NCBI RefSeq assembly: GCF_009914755.1
Contig: NC_060937.1
DNA: 64,000 nucleotides
DNA from: the human T2T-CHM13v2.0 reference genome, Homo sapiens
Reading direction: 5' to 3' (one strand)
A model generated the notes under the pieces. It searched no databases and was not told where the DNA came from. It saw only the letters and a program-made list of their open reading frames with translations. The position numbers and the translations under genes were made by a program. Positions 15,717 through 27,459 of this stretch are shown piece by piece. Each line of letters starts with the position of its first letter. Position 1 is the stretch's first letter.

Positions 15717-16409
15717 TACCTTATTCTTTTTAAAGACTCCATTGTACCCCATTGTTTGCATGTATCATAATATTGCTGGGCTTTTGTTATTGCCACAGGT
15801 GGATGTTTTAGATTAATCCTGTTATAGTCTGTTAGATGATCATTTGAATGGTTATAAAAGAGACTTGGGGCTTGTGGTATAAAGCCTGATTAAATAGAAA
15901 GAAACCTGAACTAAGCATGGGAAGCTATGAATGCAAGTCCAAGCTGTGCTATGCTTGCTATATCATTATTTGTGGACTTCCTTTTTTATTTTCCTGTTCT
16001 GACCTCATGACAGGGTTTCCATTTTCCTGGCATGTCTTGGGCTGTTCACCAGCCCCAGGGTCATGTCTAGGTGATTCTTCAGTTGGAGACCTAACTGACA
16101 TCCTTCCCACAGCAACATCAGTGCCAGGCTACCTGTAACCCTGCAGAGTCAAATTAAAACTTACAAGCTTTCCACATTCCCCACGAAGGAAGTACTAGCA
16201 AACTTTTAGGGAGCAGTACCTCTGGGCTCTGTGCACACTCTCCGTGCTTAGGAGGAAAGCACATGAGCTTCCTTAAAACAAAAACAAAAACAAAAAGCCA
16301 TACATTCTAGTGATGTTTATTTTTGCAGATAGAGATGTTTAGCACTGGGTCATGACAGAGTGGATTTCACCTTTAATGGAAGATTAATTTGCCCATTTGA
16401 TTAATATCT

Positions 16410-16900
16410 GCGGCAATCCCTGGAATATGCCAGCACTCTGCCTGGCACTATAGGAGGAACAAATACCAGTGTAATATGGTTCCTGTCCTCTGGTGTTAAA
16501 GGCAATACAGCAGGAATGAAAAGAAAGGGGAGAACACTATTATCCGGGGTCCCTCAAAGATCCCTCAGAGAGCTTTTTGAGCTAATATGTAAACAGGTAG
16601 GGAAGTGTTCAAGGGATGGAGGTGCTGCAAGGGGACCTTGGTAAGGGATAAGTGTATGTGAGTGTGTGTGTTAGGAATATGTGTGAATGGAAGGTGAACA
16701 ATAATTGCACTACAAGCAAAGGAACAGATAAAGGAAAATATAGGTGTTGTACAGGAAACATGAAGTAGCTCTGTTTAGTTTAAAGAAAGAATGTGGGGAG
16801 TAGGTGTAGATGATGGGAAATGTTGGTTAGAGTAAGACTGGCAGAGGGTCCTGAGTTCTACTTTGCTATTAGACATGAGATAGATAAATGAGTTTTGAAA
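16410..16900 (-). mobile_element. L2 fragment (degenerate)
   Basis: tatgccagcactctgcctggcactatagg...atggttcctgtcctc and purine-rich L2-like text. Confidence 0.5.
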
Positions 16901-17154
16901 GATTAAAAAATCACCATCAGCTTCTTCCTCTCTTCTTTTTGCTTTATTTGGGGTGTGGGAGCATTGTCCATGTTGGTTTTATAATTTCTACTTCTTATTC
17001 CAGTAATTTTTAAAAATCAGCTTAGTATTTATTAAAGTAATATATGCCTATAGTTTAAAAAGGTGAATAGTATTATAAGGCCTATAATTAAAAAGAGTAC
17101 TCCCTTCCCCCACTTTGCCTACCACTCCTCCTTCCTGCTTCTCAGGGGAAACTA

Positions 17155-17335
17155 TTTTTTTTTTTTGCTTTTATTATGAAAGATGTTTATTTTCCAGAGT
17201 GTGTAACCTCATATATAGGTAAGACTTTTGCTGCAATCAATTGTTCTTGGTTTGGTTAATCTATAGTCTTGTCCAGCGCAGGAAAACTAGCACTGTCCAG
17301 CAACTGTAACCAGGGAGATTGAATTTCACCATGGG
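17155..17335 (-). pseudogene. 5'-truncated processed retrocopy of an unidentified polyadenylated transcript
   Basis: Minus strand ends AATAAA (17191-17186), 19 nt, then A12 (17166-17155). Degenerate 15-bp TSD aggggaaactatttt / agaggaaaccacttt (12/15) beside a TTTT/AA L1 endonuclease site. The body resembles no repeat I recognise. Confidence 0.65.
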
Positions 17336-18525
17336 AGAGGAAACCACTTTTAACTATGCTATTTACATCCCTATACTTAAGTACTGTGTATATACTGATA
17401 TTTATTAACTTATTCTTAGAGATTATCTGCCTTACTACTATGCAAAATAAGGAAAATTTAGCACTCTGATACTATCACACGCTCCCAAGTTTTCTTTCCT
17501 GATCTTTCCAGTGGGTTAAATGGCAACTTGGGGTTAAATTGATATTCTAGTTTACCTTACTATGACCATGTAATATTGTTTGCTACCAAGACAAGTAGTA
17601 AAAGAGTATGCGTTCGATGTTGTTCAACATCTTATTTTTCCTGGTGTTGTCTTTTATTTTGCTCACCTCTTTTGTGTATCTATCATTAACCATTCATGAA
17701 CTACCCAAAAGAACTACAGAACTTATATTGAAACCATTTTTTTTTTTTTTACACAATTAGCCCACTGGTTAGTCTACTGGATCTCTTTTTCCCTGGAGGA
17801 GCCTCCCGTCCAGCCCCTCTGGTCTAGGGGTTTTCCAGGCCAGCTGCCCACCTGTTGTCCTGGGGCTTCTTTTTAACACCATTTTGTGAAATCCCTATGC
17901 CTCTTTCCTGTGTTGGAGCCCCCATTTCCTGGATCCCATGATTTCCTCTTTGTTGGTTTACATCCTCATTTTTGTAGAGCACATTCTCTAGTAGCTTCCT
18001 GAGAAAAGGTACATGGGAGGTGAATTTGTTGAGACCTCATGTGTCAGAAAATGTCTTAATTCTACTCTCATACTGAGTTAAATTTGTAATTGAATTTTAA
18101 GTAAAATGTAATTTTCCCTCATAATGTTTAGGCTGTACTTCATTGTCTTCTAGCTTCCAGTATTGCAGTCTCAGGCCACTACTATTCCTTTTACCAGGTA
18201 TGATCTTTTACATGTGACCTGTGTTACTCCTCTGGAAGGTTTTGGAATCTTCTTTTTAATCCTGGTATTCTGAAGTCTTAGAGTAAAGAACCCTAATGAG
18301 CTAATGAGAATCTTTTCTTACCCATCATTTTGGGCACTTTATGGTCTCTGAAAATCTGGAAAATAGCATTGTTCCATTTTGACAATTCTTCTCCTATTAT
18401 TCTTTAGTACTTGTCTCTGAATCATTTTTTTCTTGTTTTCTCCTTCTGGCATGCTTATGGTAAAATATGGAACCTCATGGATTAATCCACTATATTTCTC
18501 ACCTCCACCTCACCCCACGTCCGTC

Positions 18526-18890
18526 TGATATGGTTGGCTGTGTTCCCATCCAAAACTCATCTTAAATTGTAGCTCCCATAATTCCCATTGTTGTGGGAGG
18601 GACCCAGTGGGAGACACTTGAATCATGGGGGGTGGTTTCCTCCATACTGTTCTCATGGGAATGGATAAGTCTCATGAGATCTGACGGTTTTATAAGGGGA
18701 AACCCCGTTTGCTTGCTTCTCATTCTGTCTTTGCCTGCCACCCTGTAAGATGTGACTTTGTTCTTTCCTTGCCTTCTGCCATGATTGTGAGGCCTCCCCA
18801 GCCATGTGAAACTGTGAGTCCATTAAACTTCTTTTTTTAAGTAAATTACTCAATCTTGGGTGTGTCTTTATCAGCAGTGTGAAAACGTTT
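18526..18890 (+). mobile_element. THE1 (MaLR) solo LTR
   Basis: Starts tgatatggttggctgtgttccc, contains ttgtagctcccataattccc and ccatgattgtgaggcctccccagccatgtg, ends tttatcagcagtgtgaaaac. Confidence 0.92.
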
Positions 18891-19924
18891 GGACTATCTA
18901 CTTTCTAGAAAGTTTGACTTCTATACCTCTGAATCATTTTATATTCTTCTATAAGTTTAATTTCCAATACCTCCTTCTTATTTTCTAATTGTTCCTGTTC
19001 TATAGAATGCTTTTTATTTTATAGATATAACAGTATCTCTCATCTTTCTGAAGTTACTATAGGTTTTTAAAGGCTTTCATTTGCTTCCTGAAATATCTAT
19101 ATCTTCTCTGAGCTCCTTTAGCCCCTTTCTCTGTTTTGATCTCTATATTTTATTCTATATTTTATGTCAGTGGATATCCTCAAATATCTGATGGCCCTTC
19201 ATTACTCATTTATATTTAAGAAATATATATGTTTATTTCATATATATACATTATATATGAAACAAACGATTCATTTATATTTAAAAACAGTGGGTCTAGT
19301 TTCCAAGGGAAACCCTGAGTGTAGACAGGGTGTGCTTTTTCCTTGACTGGCATCCCTCCGAGGTAACAGAGTGGGGAATCTAACCATTTCAACAGGGACT
19401 CTGCCAATCAGTCATTTTTTGGACTGAGTTTCTGCAGATAAGAATCTCCAAACCCCTGCCTAAGGAGCCAGTCCCTAGCTGTAGGTTCCCTGGGAGCTAT
19501 GTCAGGGAATAGTCCAGGAGGGTTTCACCTGTTCTCTCTGTGGAGTTTCATCCTCTCTCCTGGGCCCAATCCCTGAGTCTAGAGTATCTCTGATTCAATG
19601 TAGCCTAAGACTATCCCTGATACCTCACATAGGGTTGGGGAATTGGTAGAGTCAGTGTGAGCTAGGGAGGGCAGGGCCTAACTACTCCATATACTCTGTT
19701 GGTCTGAAGCTCCTGGCAATCGATTCTCCTTTTTCCAGTCTCATGACTCCTAAGCCTCCACAGCATCCCGTGCATGAATCTGAAGGCTTTGCTCAGTGCA
19801 CCTCAGCTATTCCTCCTCCATCACTCTGCTGTCTTCCACAAATTGCCTGATATCTCACGTTCAGTAGCCTCTCCTCTGTTTGTTCTCTCATTTGCTTTGT
19901 GTCCCTGCTTTGTGGTTTTTAAAA

Positions 19925-20015
19925 TTCTTTACTAATTTCAGTGAGATTTATTTTTTGTTCTTTACTAATTTTAATGAGATTTATTTTTTATTCTTTACTA
20001 ATTTTAGTGAGATTT
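19925..20015. repeat. 33-bp tandem repeat, about 2.75 copies
   Basis: ttctttactaattt(c/t)a(g/a)tgagatttatttttt(g/a) starting at 19925, 19958 and 19991. Confidence 0.9.
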
Positions 20016-21064
20016 CTGGAACAGGAAGATATGAAAGCATGTGTTCAATCTAATAAAACCAGAAGTTTCTAGTGTTATACATTTTACTTTGTAGTTATAT
20101 GTACTTATGTATTTTGTTTTGGTCTAGTTTGTTTGTCCAGAGAACTTTATGAGTTACCTGGACAAACTAGTAACCACCTCACAACTACTGTTAAGGAGGG
20201 TATTGACAAAATCATTTTACTTCTTTGTTATTTTTTAGGGATTATCAGGCAAGGTCAAGTTGACTTTCCATAAATGTTATCTTTATCCAGATAACAGCAT
20301 TTTGTTATCTTGGCTCCAGAAGTTTGGACAAATAATCAATTTGAGGTAGACGCATATCAATTTATCAATAAGAAGGAAGGAAGACTATAAGGAGGAGGGA
20401 AGAAAGAAAGCAGAAAGGGAGGGAGGGGGAAGGAGAAAAAGGAAACAGACATAAAAGATTTTAAAACAGAACAGCAGGAAGACTGGCCCAACTAAATAAC
20501 TATACTAAGAAAAGCTATGTATGTTCACTAAATAAGAAGATAAATTTCGGAAAATCATCTGGCTTTAAGATAATTCCAAACAATGATCACTGACTTGGAA
20601 GGCAGTTAAGCAATTTATGTCATTGAATGTTAATGGTCAAACTACGTTTTATCAGTCAACAAAATGTACCCAAAATGCATATGAAAAGCAGTATAGCCTG
20701 CAACAGAACCTATCACATAATGATTTTTCACAATTACATGTCCAGACCAACTTCTAACTATATACTGACTCTTACCACTCTGAAATATATCTATTTTTTG
20801 GCTCAAGAATATATGTGTATATGTATGTACCAAGGTATATATGTGTGTATTCCTCCCCTCATCTCCCAAAGAAATTTATGTTAGCTTGCAGGTAATCCTT
20901 TTACTTGAATATATGTTTATTTTCCTGCTTATATTTCTTATAAATTTGTCTAGCTCAAATTATGTAGTCCTCTATCCTCTGTCATACTCAATTATGGACC
21001 AATAACTTTTTTAAAAAAGTTAACTATGTTGTCAACAACATCACTTCCAATGTAGCCATCATCA

Positions 21065-21260
21065 TATCTTTGAGCTTAACAAAAAGCTTGACTTTACAGT
21101 CAGATTGACCTTATTTTAAATCCCCTGTCTTCCATTTACTAAATAAACTCCCCGATAGGAAAATGGACATATTCTCTATTTTGCAGGATTTTATGAGAAT
21201 TAAATCATACAATGCATATAAAGCACCTGGCATACTGTAGGTACCCAATTAAAAAAAGCT
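21065..21260 (+). mobile_element. MIR (degenerate)
   Basis: caggattttatgagaattaaatcatacaatgcatataaagcacctggcatactgtagg is the MIR 3' part. Confidence 0.6.
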
Positions 21261-22607
21261 ATTCAAGTCAGAATATGAGATGATATTGAAACCTTAAGCT
21301 GTCTAAAAGTACATCTTTTCCAACTGACTAATTTTTCATTTCCATTTTTTAGGCATCGCATCACTGGTAAGCTGGTCACCTGGAAGCAACGCATCAGTTA
21401 GCCACTGAAAAGGGGTGTGCAGAGCTCTTACAGAAAATTGAGAAAATCATTATATTGATATATTGATTATATTAAGAAAATCATTATATTGCTATCTACT
21501 TTTATATAAGTAGGGGAAAGGGAGGACTGGACAAAAACAATAAAGGAAAATATTTGGCCCAGCATCAGTTTCTTGACCCCTTTAGAATTCTATTTAACTA
21601 CAAAATTAGGAGGTTATATGAAGTCCCTCCAAGTATTCACGACAAAGAGTTCTGTGGTTAGATGATTTTGAAACACACCTCGATCGTCTCACACCTCCCC
21701 CTCCCCATTCTTGAAGCTTTGAAACACATATGAGTATATTCAAGGTATCTGTCCCATTTTGTTTTACCTTCCGTTATACAAACTTACTTGACTACAGACT
21801 CTCCCCCTTTTTTCTTTTCTTTCAGGTAATATTTATTGACATACTTTGGAAAAGACTGGATGAGTTGCTCTGCGACTTCCCACTCTAACATATGTTTCTC
21901 TGAGTTTCTACAACTTCAGCTAAATGTTTTAAGGAAGAAAAGAACAACAGAATATGTGATAATTTTGATTGATTGATGCTCCCTCCTATAGCAGCATACA
22001 AATTTTAGAGTGGGAGAAAAATCTATTACGATTTCAATGAAATGAGCTATTTTATCTTGTCCCTATGTGGTACCATCAACATTTTAGACAGATGAACACC
22101 AAACCATTGACTGAATTGCTGCATAGTGGATTTGCCTTGATTATAAAGACAGTTGAATGACCAGGGTACCTCTGGCAATTTTGGCAATCAATAAGTAACA
22201 TGAATCAACTATGTAGTGGTCAGACTGGCTACCCAGTGCTCAATCAAAACAGAAAATAACAGAGATAAGTTAATCCTTAGGTTGCAGGACTATACCATGA
22301 TACCAGCATAAAACTCAAATGGACATTCATGATGAAAAAATGTTAATGCTATCATTATACAATAAACTGCTAAAAGTATTTTTATTAGTAAAATACTTTC
22401 ATTTTTCTATCAATCTAACAACACTTATTTTTATCTGAAAGGAGGGTACTATGCTAAACGTCACTGGGACTAAAAGGATGTAGAGTAGGAAAAGGGCCAA
22501 AGATCCTACCAGAAAATGATCTAGGAGCCATATGTTAGTTCTGTCAGTAATTTTCTATGTAGCTGTCAATAATCCTTTGTTTTCTCTTTGTAAAAATAAC
22601 TACCCTC

Positions 22608-22943
22608 TGCTGGGTGCGGTGGCTCCCACCTGTAATCCCAGCACTTTGGGAGGCTGAGACGGGTGGATCACGAGGTCAGGAGTCTGAGGCCAGCCTGACC
22701 AACATCGTGAAACCCCATCTCTACTAACACTACAAAAAAATTAGCTGGGTGTGGTGGCACGCGCCTGTAGTCCCAGCTACTCAGGATGCTGAGGCAGGAG
22801 AATTGCTTGAATCTGGGAGGCGGAGGTTGCAGTGAGCCGAGATTGCACCATCGCACTCCAGCCTGGGTGACAAAGCGAGACTCTGTCTCAAAAAACAAAC
22901 AACGACAACAACAACAAAAAACCAAAACCAAAAAATAACAACA
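22608..22943 (+). mobile_element. AluS (Sg-like) with (ACA)n-derived tail
   Basis: Full dimer with ggatcacgaggtcaggag; TSD aactaccctc / aactatcctc. Confidence 0.93.
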
Positions 22944-23331
22944 AGAAAAAACTATCCTCAAGGGGCTTATTGTTTAGTTAATTATATTTACAAGTTTGGG
23001 ATTTTTGCTCCATGCCTTCTTATGTTACAAAATTATCCTTAATTTACCTACATAACAGAGACAAAAGTGAGTGAATATTTTGATGTTCTTTAATTAATTA
23101 CATGCCATAATACCCCTCCTTCATCTTAACTGCAGAAATTCTGTGAGAACCTATTGCAATGTTTTCCCTTTTTCTCTTGATATGTCTCTTTCCCCTCAAG
23201 GCTGCTAAGGTTTTAAAGTGTTCTGTTTCTATTTTTTTCATTAAAAATTCTATCAGAAACCCCACTTCCTCTCAAGAGGAAATTTATCCAAAACCACCTC
23301 TGTGGTATCCAAGTCATAAATGTGTTGGTAG

Positions 23332-23752
<421 letters not shown>

Positions 23753-23918
23753 GGTGTTAGCTTGAGAGAAGGATTGGATATGGCACGGAAACCTGCACCA
23801 GAGAGCTGCAATTTTGATCCTATTAGAAACACTCTTCTTTCACTGCTAAGCAGCTATGTACAACAATCAAACACCAGATGGATATATGAATTTAATGACC
23901 TTTAAGTTTCCTTTACAC

Positions 23919-24076
23919 TGGTGGTTCTCAATTCTGGTTTCTTACTAAAATCATCTGGTTAGCTTTTTAAAAAGTGCTCCCTGATTTAACTGATTTGAAG
24001 GTGAGTCTTTGCCATGGGCATACATGTTTGAAGTTCCCCAGCCAATTCTCATGTAAGTCAGAGTTAAGAAACACTA
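23919..24076. mobile_element. MER5B-like MITE
   Basis: tggtggttctcaa...aatcatctggttagctttttaaaa...ccccagccaattctcatgtaagtcagagttaagaaacact. Confidence 0.6.
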
Positions 24077-24229
24077 CTTTATACACATTCTGAGATTCAA
24101 ACTATAGGCCTAGCAAGAGCTGTTTAAAGCAAGGAGAAATCTACTTTGTGATCTCTGACTTGTTAATTATTACATGCAAGTTTCTACTTCAACTTTAAAA
24201 CAAATGAGAACCTGCAAACTGACTTTATG

Positions 24230-24600
24230 TATTCACCTACATTCATTTATTCACCTAGGGTTCATGATCTATAAGCATCTCCCTTGTCATGTTTGTATTC
24301 TGAACATCAATCACCACCATCTATTGATATATATATTTTTTTCTTACAAGAAACTGTATTAGGCACCGTGGGGTATAATGATTTAAATTGCAAGGTCTCT
24401 GTCCTCACGGACTCTATAAGTAGAATATATGAAAGGTGACTACATGATCAAGGCAAATGACCCCACCGCCAACCAAGGAGGACGTGGTCATGGCCTGGGA
24501 TGGTTAGGAAATCTTCATAGAGCAGGTATGATTTTTAAGGGGCTTTGAGGACTGGGTGGAATTTTAATTAGAGAGCCATAAATAAAAACTACAAAAAGGG
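24230..24600 (-). mobile_element. L2 fragment
   Basis: cattcatttattcac...ggtctctgtcctcacggactc...gttaggaaatcttcatagagcagg. Confidence 0.5.
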
Positions 24601-26761
24601 AGAAAAGCAGTTTGAGAATGAGTAGGGAGGAATCAGTTTACCAAAGTTAAGTATGTATACAAATAATACAGTTCACCTTTTGAGCCATGCAAACTGTATC
24701 TAAGGAGGCACAGAACCTTGTATGAGACCAACTGTTGAGCAAGGAAATGTAATTAGCGCAATCACTTTTTTGGTGCTAATTACTTAAGACATTGAAAAAG
24801 AGGATTAGACTGACCAATGAAACAATTGGTTCTGGATAAACATACAAAGCTTGGTCTGTAATGTGGAGAACAAGCCACTGAATAGCAATAGCCAAGCCCC
24901 TTCCCTCTGGTGCTGGGCCCACTCAAGAGACCTGATCACACAGACAGTGAGGCAGGTGCTGCATAGATCACTGCAAGAACCCCGAGGGACCCACTCTATC
25001 TGATCCAGTGAGATGATTTAGGGTTGAAGAAATAAATTTAGAACACAAGTCATGTAAAAAGTACATGTTACTTTATATGTGATGTTATGTGATTATCAGT
25101 CATTGATTTTCAATTACTTTTATAATGCAAGAGCTTTTCTTCTGCATTTCAGAATTAAAGAATTTCTGCGCCATTTGTCTTTGCCTACGAAAATAGTTAA
25201 TTCTCATATTTATTCCAATAGCTGGTCTTCATGTAAGATATTAACTAAATGCCCATTAATAGTCTGGGTATGCAACTCAGGAAGTCAGTTGGCAAAATTA
25301 ACATTTAGAAGTAGGCACCACTGGTTATTTCACACATTATTAACTTATATTACAATTCAAATAAGCTTACAGCTGGCAAAAAAATCTCTTCTGTAAAGCG
25401 ATCTCAAACATAATAGGCTTAATCAGAGATAAATTAAATTAGGCAGCCATGCATACTACAGCATATTAATTCTGAGTAGTTATTACTACATTTTCTGTTA
25501 TCACTGGTGTGAACAACATTATGTGCAAACAAATTCTTCGAGAGGGTAGCAAATAAAGTTTATGTTTGGGATGCCATGTGCCTAGCATTTTCCCATGTTT
25601 TCTTAAAATGTTAAATAATCTTTTCTGCTAATAATGGCACTAGGTTAAGTCCCCATAAACGAGTCAACCTCACTCCCAGGAAATTAAACAAATGAACATC
25701 AGACGAAACTGCTAAGTGTGGTTTGGATTTTTCCAAAGGGAACTTCTCAACTTTCTCTGGCAATTAAAAAAAAAATTTGTTAATGAGTCATAGCTAGAGC
25801 AAAATTGTCCAAAATGTAAGGTAGTGCATAGTCGTTACGTTAAAAATCGGTGCCTCTCATTCTCTGTTTTGGATGAACTATGTTGCCTTAGAATACTCAA
25901 AGAAGAAAATTATTCAGGTAGAATGCTATTTTCTAAATAAGATCCTGCCATTATCTCTCTCTTTCTTTAAACGGTAGTAACCTAAGCCAGCAAACTAGCA
26001 CTCAGATCCCACACGCTAGCAAATGATGCTTTTGTGAAAGAAAATGAAAAGATGCATCTAACCTTTATACACACACACACACTCATGTTGCCTTTTTTGA
26101 TGCACTTTTGTCAGATTATCTTATTCTTTGTTAATGAACCAGGCCCTTTAATTTCTGTATCCAGGAGTAATTCAAGTTACTAGGCATGACAGCCACTACC
26201 GCCCCCAAGTCTGAGAAACATGTTTCACATTCTTTGCGCTTTGCACATTTAAAACTCAATGTAAGGTGACAAGAACATTAAGCTGCCCAGTGAGTAAAAT
26301 GTGAAACTAATCACTATCTGTTCTACAGATAGTGGGTACAATAATTGGCAAATTAAAGTGCCTGGGAAGAGCTGGGCCACCTGCATCAAAAAGCATCACC
26401 TTGGAATGGCTAATGAAGATAAATGTATGCAGCTAGCTTTACTGACAACTACTTCAAACACCAGCAGACTGAAAAAGCAACACTACAGTACTTATTTCAT
26501 TTACTGTAAAGTACGCACCATGTGAAGTTTTTGTTATTTAAAGGAAAAAATACCCAACCCCTCTCAATATGTTGTACACATGCCGGCTGAATCGAGGCTA
26601 GTACTTACTCCTAAAAAGCCAATGCTTTTCTTTTAAACTGGCAAACTGGGATCAATTTGCTTATTAAAACGTTGAATTTGTATTTTCATGACAACTAGAT
26701 TCAAATAAATTAGAAGACTACAAAAAAGAAAATAATCCAATTTCAATAAAATTGCTACTCT

Positions 26762-27290
26762 TATTCATCCATTCATTTATTTGACAGTTATTGAATACCT
26801 ACTATGTGCAGGTACTGTGCTTGACATTTGGCAGAGAGAGACGAATGACATCTCCTTAAGGAGGTTGTGGACTATTTGCAGGCAAGAGGCATGCTTACAG
26901 GCACACACACAGGCAACTAGAACCATGTGCTATTGTAGAAAGATTTCAGAAAGGTGTCCCTTTCCCTTAGAGTCTTTCAAGAGAAGGCTCACTCTTAAGC
27001 TGAATTCTAAGATGATTTCTGAAGAGTTTTTGAGGGTGAGTAAGCTTGAGAATGGTCTTCCAAGCTGAAAAAAGTAGCATGTTCAAAATCAACAAGAAGG
27101 TCAGGATCTGCTTGAGGAAAAAAAGTGCCTTCAAAATATATGAAGGAAATAAATACAGAAATAAATATAGGAGGCAAGAGGTCAACAGATGATGAAGATG
27201 AAAGCTAGACAAGGGTAAGAATATGAAGGGCCCCAGAAGATATGTTGAGGAGGTTGCATTTAGTTCTGCAGGGCAGTACTTTTCAGAATA
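26762..27290 (-). mobile_element. L2 fragment
   Basis: attcatccattcatttatttgacagttattgaatacctactatgtgcaggtactgtgct is the antisense L2 tail. Confidence 0.75.
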
Positions 27291-27459
27291 TGTGACAGAG
27301 AACCCTGGGGACCTGGGGAAGGAGGGAGGCAGCCTGGAAGGGAGTGAGGAGTGAGAAGAGGCTGAGCAGTCAGGACTCAGGCCCTGTACCTCTACTCATA
27401 CCACAAGAGCTTTGCCAATATCTGTTTCACCTTTTGGGCCTTCTTATTATTAGTGTTTT

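Larger units (their letters stand above)
17015..20060 (-). mobile_element. Ancient HAL1/L1M-type LINE, fragmented and interrupted by a retrocopy and a THE1 LTR
   Basis: agtagcttcctgagaaaaggtacatgggaggtgaatttgttgagacctcatgtgtcagaaaatgtcttaattctactctcatac matches my recollection of antisense HAL1/L1M ORF1; boundaries approximate. Confidence 0.6.
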
